This document shows, piece after piece, positions 54,231 through 64,000 of a stretch of 64,000 bases of DNA. The position numbers were made by a program, and so were the translations under genes. Each line of letters opens with the position of its first letter. Positions within the stretch are counted from its first letter, which is position 1. This stretch comes from Moniliella sp. 'wahieum' (taxonomy: Eukaryota): contig RSEE01000127.1 in the NCBI GenBank assembly GCA_003971905.1, positions 1 through 64,000 on the forward strand, in the 5' to 3' direction. Under the pieces are notes generated by a model that had not been told where the DNA came from, did not search any database, and saw only the letters and a list, made by a program, of their open reading frames with translations.

Positions 54231-54625
54231 GTACCTCCCAAAAAGACCAAGGGAAAAGGGATGGTGAAAAACTAACCACAGCCTCCATGGCCCCCGTTGC
54301 AACATAGATTTCCTGGACTCTTTCTTGCCATCACGGTGCCACAGGGGGTTCCTCTCCGAGCGTTTTAGGCGCCAGAAAATGCACCCCCGGGGTGGAGTAA
54401 TATATGGTCGAACTAGCCGCATCATGCATCATGCATCACTCTTGTAACGGTGAGCACGGGCGGATTTGTTGCGCATCTATTCCGCTGCCCTTCCTCAAAC
54501 CTCCACTCAGCACCCAGTGCCAATTCTTCTCTGCTCCTTTTAGCGCGACACAGGGCAAGCTGCTCTGCCTTTTCTCTCCAACCACCACCATCCGTCAGGT
54601 AAGTTCATCCCCTCTGTTCATCTTG

Positions 54626-54699
54626 CTGATGAAACTATACTGTGGGAGTCTCTCCTATCTCTTATGAGGAGAAAAAGGTAGCCATCCATGGCATCCTGA
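54626..54699 (+). ncRNA. Box C/D snoRNA, U79/SNORD79-like guide
   Basis: C box cTGATGA, guide GTGGGAGTCTC complementary (one G-U) to LSU rRNA GAGAUUCCCAC, D' CCTA, C' ATGAGGA, D CTGA. Confidence 0.6.
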
Positions 54700-54831
54700 C
54701 CATCGCTTTGTTTTGCCAACAGGCTTGACTGACTATTTTTCCAGCTACAGATCGCCTCACCGCCCTACTCACCACAAGACTCGTGCCCGGCAAGCAGTAT
54801 AGTAATTGTAAGTTTTTTTCCTCCCCTCGCC

Positions 54832-54916
54832 GAGATGATCATCTTCATGCACCACGCCTAGCAAGGAATCCTTGCGGTGCGGATAAACAACTTATCACCA
54901 TCTTTCGTCTGAGCTC
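54832..54916 (+). ncRNA. Box C/D snoRNA, dual-guide U32/SNORD32-like (yeast snR40 + snR39/snR59 targets)
   Basis: C box ATGATCA; guide CATGCACCAC (antisense to SSU GUGGUGCAUG) before D' CCTA; guide TCACCATCTTTCG (antisense to LSU CGAAAGAUGGUGA) before D box CTGA at 54909; short GAG/CTC terminal stem. Confidence 0.8.
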
Positions 54917-55286
54917 CTTCGACCGACTTCACTGGAGGCATGATCAAGCTGACCCAGTTCTTTCCTCAGTACCCTTGGCTATGCCCGGCTCTCAAATAGA
55001 TTTTTTCTCCCAAAACTTTCCCGCTCATGGATACACCAGAGCGTGCCGACGACCTCCACACAATATAGAACCGAGACAGTCATGTTTACGCATAAAGACA
55101 ACGACAGGCTATGCTGATGGGGTGTGGTCTCGATCGCTCAATGGGAAAAATCGTTCGAATCGACAGAATGTCTTGCCAACAGAACTGGGTAACGGAAGCG
55201 CATGGTGGCCGCCTTCAGGGGGTGATGCATCGACAAGAGCCACAGCAGCGGTCGAAGCAACGCAAAATCCGATACGCAGCGCCTCG

Positions 55287-56789
55287 TTAGAGTTGGAAGA
55301 AAGGCTGTTGCGTTTGCTGCGCCGGGGCAGGCTGAGGGGTAGAGCCAAACGCGTTTTGGAATGCTTGCTGACCCATCTGGGCATTGTGCTGCTGGGTCGA
55401 CATCACATTGGCACGAGACTGGCCATGGCCGAGACGCTGGTCTCCCACGTTCCCAAACGTATCCACCCCGTCACCCTGGGCAAGCAGGCGGTTGAGCTCA
55501 TCGAACTTACCCGATTGGTCGACGTGCACAGGGCGCGGGTTAGACATGGGCTGTTCCATCGGTTGCGGCGGGGCGGGAGAGAGGTTGGAGGTTGGAGCCG
55601 GAGCAGAAAACATGGGCTGGGGCTGAGGGTGAGGTTGAGGCTGGGGCTGAGGAGCTGGCGCCTGCGGATGAGCCGCAAAGGGATTGCGAGATCCCACAGC
55701 AGTAGCTTGAGGCTGGATGGGTTGCATTTGCACCTGCTGTTGTTGTTGGCCCATCATAATCGTTTGGTACTGCTGAGCCGCCTGCTGAAGTTCCCACTGG
55801 CGCTGCTGCTCGGCCTGTTGCTGTTGCCACTGCGCCTGGAGAGCAGCCTGTTCTTGCATCTGCTGTTGCAGGTACGGGTTCCACCCTGTTTGCTGCTGCT
55901 GAAGATAAGGGTTAAAGGACGTGTACTGGGGCTGCAATGTCGCGTTCTGCCCCCTTAACGTCGACCAGTGGCTGTGCCAGGTTGTCGTCAAACAATGCTC
56001 TGCGGTTAGCCTCCTCCAACTCGCGGATACGAGCCTCCTCCTGGCGGGAGAGCTCCAGAGCACGCTGCAGTTCTTCTTCGTCTGTCGCCTCAGCACGGAG
56101 GCGCGCCTCGTTTTCGCGATACGAACGTTTGCTCTCCTCGATAGCACGACGTAGGTCCTCATCCTCCTTGTTCCGCGGGCGGCATTGGGGTCCAGGCGCC
56201 GCGCGGGGGGAGGGCCGTCGTTGAAACTCGAGTCGCGGTCCATCATGCGGTCCTGCATATGAGTCCGTCCAGCACGCTCGGCACGCAGACGCGTCTCGTC
56301 CTGGAGAAGGCTGGTCACATCCTTGGCCTTTTGGCGAACTGAGAAAAGGTAGATTAGTCCCCAAACGAGTCACAGAAGGTCCAAGTTGGTCAGAAGAAAG
56401 GGGAGCGTACCATTGGCACCTTGGTCCTTTCCATCCTCGTCGAGATGCTGGAACTCCTTGAGGGTCTTGACGATGTAGATGTTGTCGCGAAAGTAAAGGA
56501 TGCAGTTCTCGGAACCTGCGTGAATGAGGTAGTCGATGAGAGTAAGCGACTTGAAGACGTGGCGCCAGTTACGACCCTTGTCGTTGAGGCGCTTATCGAG
56601 GATCTCCATGATCTCGATAAAGTCGTTCTGGTTGTAGCTCAGCTGTGCAATCTCGTTCATGAGTTGTCCCGAAGGTCCCCAGGCATCGTTGCTGGTGGCC
56701 TGGCGAACCTTGACCTGGGTTTCGGTGTAGCCCTTGATGTAGTTTTTCGACGCGCGCATGGCCGACTTGCCCATGTTCTGAAACGACAT
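55287..56789 (-). CDS. Epsin (Ent1/Ent2-like; ENTH domain, two UIMs, NPF motif)
   Basis: KVRQATSNDAWGP, KRLNDKGRNWRHVFKSL, EDLRRAIEES / EELQRALELS, RNPF, DTFGNVGDQR. Intron ~56340-56410. Confidence 0.92.
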
Positions 56790-57606
56790 GGTGGGCAACA
56801 GAGGCTAAGGGGACGGGTGATGGAGGGGTGGATGTTGGACGGCGCAGACAGAGGGCAGGCTGGTGTTGGACGTGTTCGCCTGATTGCCGTGTCCGTTCCA
56901 CCCAGCTTGGCTTGCCACTGGCTTGCCTCGTCGTGAGCCGTAGCGGGCCGTCCCCATCGCAGCCCGTCGCAGTCCGGTTGTCGATGGGCCAGCCTCGGGC
57001 GCTCAGACGAGGCGCCGCACGGCACCAGTCTCGAGCATCGTTCCGCCACCCGGCACAGCGCAAGTCTGCTTGCGCACTCGGTACGCCCGAGCACTCCAGG
57101 GCACTCCCCTGGGCGATTGCAATTCCACTGTACCCACCGTAGGGTTAGGAGTGTGGGCTGTGGACGCGTGGGCATCGGTCCATGGACAAATGGCCTGTGC
57201 AGCGCAGGGAGCTCCCGTTGCGCCCCGCACCCCAGGCACGTTCCCGCGTTGTCCCCCCGATTGATCATCTGCCCAGCAGCCGTTCTTTTCATTTCGTCCA
57301 CAGCTCTCTCGCATCACGGATGGTGTGCCCTCGCCGCCCCGTGTTCCCCGCGTCCACCCACGCATTCGCGTTTGAGCCCAGGCTGATCATTTTTTTCCGT
57401 CCTCAGGAGCATCCTCCACCACCGGACGAATGTGTGGCTCGTCACTGCCTCATCGAGTTCTGACTTCTGACTCCCATCGCATATCTTTTCTTACAAACCC
57501 AATGTGAGACGCACGTCCGGCACAATCCCTCCCGTACAATACCCTCATATACCTTGACTGCACAAGACAAGTCAAAATGCATGGTTTTGGCAATTCGGAC
57601 CCCCGA

Positions 57607-58860
57607 TCAGGCGCCCACCTTCCAGTAGCAAATCGAGCCATCCTCAACGATCCAGGTGCGGCCACGCTGCGCGTACTTGCCGGCTGCACGCACCGCATTT
57701 TCAGACCCGCTCTTTGAGGTCGTCAAACGACATGATTTCACCGCAAACGAACTTGTTCTCAAAGTCGGTGTGAATCACACCAGCCGCCTTGGGGGCAGGC
57801 GTGCCGGAGCGGATAGTCCAGGCACGCACCTCGTCGGGCCCAGCAGTGTAGTAACGAATTAGGTCCAGCCCATCGTAGCCTGCTTTGGTGATCTTACCCA
57901 AGGCACCCGTCACGTTGGGGCCGAGCGATTTGAGCTCCTCGGCTTCAGCTTCGGGCGATCCGAGATTGACGAGACGCTCCTCCATCGCAACGCTGAAAGG
58001 AATGAGCGAATCACCAGGGTTGTTCTCATCAATCCAGGCCTTGATCTTGGGCAGCCACTTGTTCTTTTTGCGGACGTAGTCCTTCTCACTCAGGTTGACG
58101 AGGTAGATGACAGGCTTCGCAGTGAGCAGATGCATCTCATTGATGGTGTCGATCTCCTTGGGAGTCCAGTCGCCCTTGCGCACGTCCCGGCCCGACTGGA
58201 GCAAGTTCAGCGCCTTCTCGATCGTTACAATCTCCTCCTTCTTACGCTTGTCCTCGAGAGACGAGTTACCGGCACCACGAGCACGCTGTTTAGCCGTCTC
58301 CAGGGTCTTCTCCACCCACTCAATGTCCTTCAGACGCAGCTCCTTGGAGATGATCTCCATGTCACGCACAGGGTCCACATCGCCCTCAACGTGAATGATT
58401 TCATCGTCCGCAAAAGCGCGCACCACCTGGAAGATGCCGTCAACCGAACGAACGTTGGACAAGAAGTGGTTTCCCAATCCAGCACCCGTCGAGGCACCGG
58501 CAGTGAGACCGCAATGTCAATTACCGTCAAGAAGGCGGGAATTTGGCTCTTGGGCTTGTACTGCTCCACAAGCCAGAGGTAGCGGTCGTCGGGTACCGGT
58601 ACACGGGCTTCTTCCGGCTCAATGGTAGCGTACGGGAAGTTGGCTGACTTGCCCAGATCGACCTTGGCGATCACGTTAACAGGGAACTCTTGCCCACGTT
58701 AGGGAGACCGACAATGCCCATCTTGAGGCTAAGGAGCGATCAGCAGCAGGTCCTATGCGCCAAAGAAGGAAAAACAAGGGTGGGAGACGCACTTGTTCGA
58801 CGGGCGGCCCAGACGGGCCTTCGTCTCGGGTTCAGCATTCTTCTTGCTCTTGGGAGGCAT
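57607..58860 (-). CDS. OLA1: Obg-like ATPase 1 (YchF family)
   Basis: [59 protein letters not shown]. One early intron; frameshifts. Confidence 0.95.
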
Positions 58861-59399
58861 GGTGTTTGACTGATGGTGGAAAGACGGATGGAGCGGGGAC
58901 GCCAACGACCCAGACGACCGCAATTGGCGAAGCCGCGCGAAGCCGCTCCGGAAGTTTGCACGCAGTTGTGGCCTACTTGTTTTTTCAGGGAGGCCATGGC
59001 GCCAGTCTGCCAAGGCAGAAGGAGAATTCCGCTCCTGACGTCATCAATAACCCTACTGTCCCTAGTTGGCCAGTCCTCGCCTGGCCCTGGCCCCACAGCG
59101 GAGGCGCAATAGCGTCATGCATCAGCCACACTGGGGAGCTGCCTAATTCTATGATCGATGATTAATGAGCCCTCGTATACGACAGACAGAATGAGAGTTT
59201 CGAGTACTCTCCTAGCCTGACTGATCCTTCCCGGCCACGCCTCTGGTCCTCAATGCCTTAACTCCAGTCTGAGGCCTTTGACCGAACATCGAAAGCACAC
59301 TGAACAATGAACTGAAGAGGTTGAGACCTATACTTGAGGAGTGGCGAGCCCTCCTGCACACGGTGTATGTACATGGGTCCCTCTTCAGTGGAGGGGGCA

Positions 59400-61837
59400 T
59401 GATGGATCAGCTTCGGTCCTGTTATTGAAAGCCACTCCTGGTAGCCACATCTTGTTCTCGCCAAGTCCAGGTCTTCCCCGGCTTTGCCAACTACTACCGT
59501 GACTTGGTCCGTTCTTTCGCCCGTATCTCAGCCACCCTCTGTCCGACCTGGCATGCAAGGACCAGCGGTTTTCTTGGACCCCAGCCTGCCAACAGGCGTT
59601 CTCACCCCACCTCCTCTGCCACTTTGATCCCACTAACCCCCTCCTCCTCGAGCCTGACGCGTCGGACGCGACGTTTGGCGCGGTGCTGAGTTAACGGTCG
59701 TTGTGGCGGCCGGTCGCCTTCCATTTTCGCGCAAGTTCACCGTGGCCGAGCTGAACTATATACCACGTCCGAAAAGGAGGTTCTGTTGGCCATCGTGGTG
59801 GCCGTGGAGGTGTAGCGCCACCATGTCGAAAGTGTTGAGACTGTGCAAGTACTTGCAGACCATGATGGGGCCATTGCTACGTTCCGCCGTCCCCGCATAT
59901 GGAACCGCCGCCTGGGCCGATGGCGCCAGACCCTGTTCCCCTACCGCCTCTTTTTGGTATGGTGTACCGTGACGGGGGCAAAGGAAGGGTGCGGCCGATG
60001 GGTTGTCGTGCCATCCCGACCTCGCTGAGGGGTCCCGGCCGGCCGACGCGGCATCCCATACTAGTGGAGCCGTGTCCGAACGTTCTGCCGCCGCCCTCAA
60101 GCTCTCGGCGGCGGACCCCGGTACACCGGCGGTAGGGCGCGTGTCTGTCGACGAGATCCGACAGTGCATTCGTCAATTGGTGCCCCGTGATCCTCGTTGG
60201 TCCCTTTCCACGGCTCCACACCCACCTCGCCATGCCTTGACGGTCGGCGACGGTGTCTTTTGCAGCAAGGTAACCAGGTCTATTACGTCCCCGGCGCCCG
60301 TCGATCCGCACTGCCATCCTCCATCAAGCCCACAACTCTGTCTTGTGGCAGGCCACGAAAAGGGTGTGACAAGACGCTGATCCTTGTCCGGCTCAATATT
60401 GGTTGCCCCCCTGTCAGCTGACGTGTGGACTTACGTGCGCTCGTGCGATCGCTGTCAACGGACCAAAGCGCATCGCCACCAGCCCGCCGGATTGCTTCAG
60501 CCCTTTCCCCCTCCCCAAAAGGCCCATGGACCCACTTAACGACGAACGACATTACCCAGCTCCCCCCGGTCCAATGGTTACGACACGATTTTGGTGGCAG
60601 TAGATTGGTTCACCAAGATGGGTCACTTCATTCCCGCCCGCACGAGACGGACACCTCACCACAGCTCGCACGCCAGTTTATACACCAATTCTTTCGCTTC
60701 ATGACCTTCCCCGAGACTTGGTGAGTGGTCAGGGACCGACCTTCACGAGCAACTTCTGGCAAGCCTTGTGTGCCAACTTGGGCATCAAATCGAGCCTCGG
60801 TACTGCGTACCACCACCCGACGAGACTGAGCACCTCAACCAGATCCTCGAACGGTACCTCTTCTGTTACCCCGAAGACTGAGCAGCAGTCCAATTGGTTC
60901 GATCTTCTCCCCACGGCCAAATTTGCCTAGAACTCGTCTTCCCACTCGAGCGCCGCCCAGTCCCCCTTTGTCCCACACTTATGGTTTACTATCCCCGGGG
61001 GGGAGTTGGAGCCCGCGGCTTCGCCCGTGCCCGACGCTCGTCATGCCTCGAGGATTTGGGTTCGGCCCAGGTGGTGGCCCTCCGGACGCTCGCCACGGCT
61101 CAAGCGCTACAAGCACTATGCCTACTAGAGAAGCGCACCGAGGCGGTTTCCTTCATTTCTGGCCAGCCTGTCTTGGTCCGCGGGGACGGGTATGTATCTA
61201 GCGAACGACCTTCTGACGGCCTCGACTATCATTACCTAGGCCCCTTTACCATTGTCCGTGCCGTGGGCCTCGCCGCATCTACCAGGTCCGTCTTCCTGAC
61301 TATATACCTATGTACCTCCATGACGTGTTTCATGTATCCCGCTTGCGTGCCTATACCCCGGGTGATGTGGTCCCTGCCCACTTGATCGAGCCCCCGCCTC
61401 CTCCCCGAATATGCTGATCATGTTGCGGTTCATCACGAGGTCGAACACGTCCTCGACTCTCGCCGCAAAAAGGGCGGTGGAGGTCGCATTGAGTACTTCG
61501 TTCACTTCCGGGGCTATCTCGTCCACGAGCGAGTGTGGGTACCCGCTGCGGACATGTCTCAAGACGCCGATCCGATGGTCTGTTTTTCGATGCCCGCCGA
61601 CTCGCCCTCTCTCGCATCCGCCGCAAGGGAGACGAGGCCTGAAAGGTGGCAATGTCATAGTTTGGCTGATCTTGCTCTCATTTTCAATTTCTTCGTCTCG
61701 AGCGTCTCACTCTTTCCCTCTTTCTTCCACTTCGCACCATATCCTCTGTTCTTGTTTCTTCCCCACGAACGATTGCTACATCCCTTGGCCTAATAGTCTC
61801 GACTTTGGTCTTCCTCGCCTTAGCCCCGACTGTGACA
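59400..61837 (+). mobile_element. Degenerate 5'-truncated copy of the same Ty3/gypsy family (RNase H-integrase-chromodomain + LTR)
   Basis: Colinear similarity to the 46798-52516 element (FANYYR, AELNY, GPWTHLT, GLDYHYLGPF, HHEVEHVLDSRRK) with many stops and indels. PPT followed by an LTR at 61653-61837. Confidence 0.9.
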
Positions 61838-63609
61838 GTACCGAGTAAGCATTTTTCATGGAGAGAGGGATGGACGTATAGAAAACGCCTTCGGGAATGA
61901 TGTTGGGGAGAATGAAGCCAAAGATGGCTTCCTAAATGTGACATCTACTACATGAAGACGTCGAACGCAGGAAGAAGCTGCATATTATCACATAAGTGCA
62001 CTGCGAGAAAACGGAGTTCCAATAAAGAACACGCCGGTGTGCAACGAACATCAGCCCCCCCTCCACCCCTGGAAATGACGAGAAGCGGGAGTACTTTGGC
62101 GCAGCAGGCCACACCAAAATGATGAGATTGGCAACTGTTGTAAAGGCATAGCTGCAGCATGACCTTCAGGATATTCGCATGTCCATAACGTTCATCCTTT
62201 TGTGACAGGATTGCCCCAAAAGCCAGTTTCATCCGCGCCACTTGGCTTATTTCCACTTATTCTCTGTTAATTTATGTTGATTTTCCCTGCTTCTCTTCGT
62301 TGTGCTACTTAGCCTATAGGCCCAGCTTGCGCGCTCAGCCTCGAAGGTCATTTGTTCTATTTATATAGCCTGTTGTCTCGCCTCACACTCCTCCTATTAC
62401 TCTCATCCTCCGTAAATCTCAATCCAACTCTTCGCTTTCCCGTCTACGTTCCCTATAATAATGACTCTGTTTTTGTTCTTGGCCAATGTTCTCCGCTGAT
62501 ATCTATACTTTGCATGAATGCTGCTTTGTTTGTTGACCTACAATATTCCTCAGTATCTACATCCCATCTCACTTGCTAATATAATTGTGTGGGACCAACG
62601 ATCCCATGTGTAGGCCAAAAGATATCTATCATTACCTTTGGTCACACTTATTTTGACCTCTGGATCTGATGCCTCCACACGTGTATACTCCGACTTGTCT
62701 GAACCCCAGTCTCATCCTGGTGTGGTCGAAGGCTTAAACCTCCACCACGGCCTTCGCGATGGCATTTCCATATATCTCCAACAGAGGTGTTCTCAACCCA
62801 GCCCGTTGTGTTCCTCCAAAATCTTGCACAATAGGGTCGTGACGGTGAACAGTGACTTCCGCCTAGCCTCATCGGTTTTCGGGGCCAAAGCTCACTGAAA
62901 CGATCCTAGTGACTATATCCATACCATGTGTAGAATGTAATACAGGCCGAGGGTCAAAAAATGCTGCTCCTGTTACTGCCAGGCTCGCTCATCCGGCGCG
63001 TGCTGTTAGCTCCTGCCAACCCAAGATCACGAAGGCAAAAGAGGACTTGGCCCGCGGGTCAGGACCCTCTGCATCTTCCGGCCATTCCCTTCCAAACCGT
63101 ATACAGAGTGAGTTATATACGACTAACAGCGTAGTGGGCGATGATGAAGAGAACTTTGCACCATTCTAAATGGAGATTGCTCCCATAGCATGATTCTGCT
63201 ACAGTGTTTATAGGGATCTTTTTTGTTGGCAATATTGGGGCAAAGTACTCGCGCGTCTCTGCATAACGGATTATGGGAAGACAGGCTCTTGAGTGCGTAC
63301 CTGTTAGGATCGAGGTCTGTGGACGACTGGAGTTTTTTGCAGTTGGCTCAGGGAGAGGGGGGACAAAAACACGAGGCAAAGATGCGTGCCATTCTGTTTG
63401 GGTTTCTCTACCCTCAACACAACTTTTCCTTTATTTTATCGCCGCGGTGAGCATTGAACAAGCTTGGAGCTTGATTCCTCCTGTCTTTCCTTTGTCCTCT
63501 TGTCAGCTACCGACACTGGTGCCGTCACTTCTTAAAGGGTTCTCCATTTCCCTTATCGCCCTTTTGGATGCGCTTATATATGTGTGCACAAAACATCTGT
63601 TGAGCTTTT

Positions 63610-64000
63610 ACAAGGAGAGACCTGGAGCAAAGGGATGATCAGGAATAGAGGTGGACCACACGCTGCGCGACGCGGGAACGCAAGAGGCGCAGAGCGCGTA
63701 CCGGCGGGTGGTGCACGAGAGCATTGCGTCACCTTTGGAACACCGGGAGAAGGAGCTGCTTCGGCTGCTGGAACAAGCAGAATGCGACAAGAACGCCAAG
63801 TACCAGGAACGCACTCAAGAGCCGTTTTCCCACTGGTTTTCACGACGCGAAGAGGATACTACGGCACCAAGACAGCGGTCAAGATAGTATTTGCGCATTG
63901 GAAGGATTTGGTTACGGAGTCTCAATGGAAATGGTTCCTCGCTCGGATTGTCTATACCACGTTCATCCGTGTTCACAGTGACGCGCTTCCTAATAGGGTA
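63610..64000 (+). mobile_element. Second fragment of the CRE-like non-LTR element (RLE C-terminus)
   Basis: EVDHTL...PLEHREKELLRLLEQAECDKNAKY closely matches the 46216-46570 segment in the opposite orientation. Confidence 0.75.

Larger units (their letters stand above)
54560..55000 (+). ncRNA. Non-coding snoRNA host transcript with two introns
   Basis: Canonical GTAAGT...CTGAC...CAG introns at 54599-54722 and 54808-54969 separating short exons with no credible ORF. Transcript ends are approximate. Confidence 0.7.

Noticed and set aside
54626..54675. Hammerhead ribozyme (CTGATGA...GAAA)
   Set aside because: Stem II cannot pair; a box C/D snoRNA explains the motifs better.
54783..55958. 391-aa plus-strand ORF
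   Set aside because: It is the antisense shadow of epsin and overlaps the snoRNA intron, with no recognisable domain.
61840..63100. Small ORFs right of the decayed LTR
   Set aside because: Short, motif-free and in AT-richer sequence, with no support for coding.

Overview
GC-rich fungal (basidiomycete, probably Ustilaginomycotina-like) genomic DNA with short spliceosomal introns. Many 1-bp indels break even TEF1, importin-alpha and OLA1, so most frameshifts are probably assembly errors. Left third: a CBS/PB1 protein, then a four-gene hydroxamate siderophore cluster. It has a single-A-domain NRPS (A-T-C-T-C-T-C), an enoyl-CoA hydratase, an N5-hydroxyornithine acyltransferase and an ABCC exporter, resembling Ustilago fer3-fer6 but with a much shorter NRPS. 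Middle: a hypothetical protein, TRM61, an intronless bacterial-like class-III aminotransferase::phosphotransferase fusion, RMI1, importin-alpha, TEF1 and RPS16. Right third: a young full-length chromoviral Ty3/gypsy element with a candidate self-priming site, inserted into a truncated CRE-like non-LTR retrotransposon. It is followed by an internally deleted STT3 pseudogene, a non-coding host gene with two intronic box C/D snoRNAs, epsin, OLA1, a decayed second Ty3 copy and a second CRE-like fragment. All calls come from motif recognition by eye; no searches were run.
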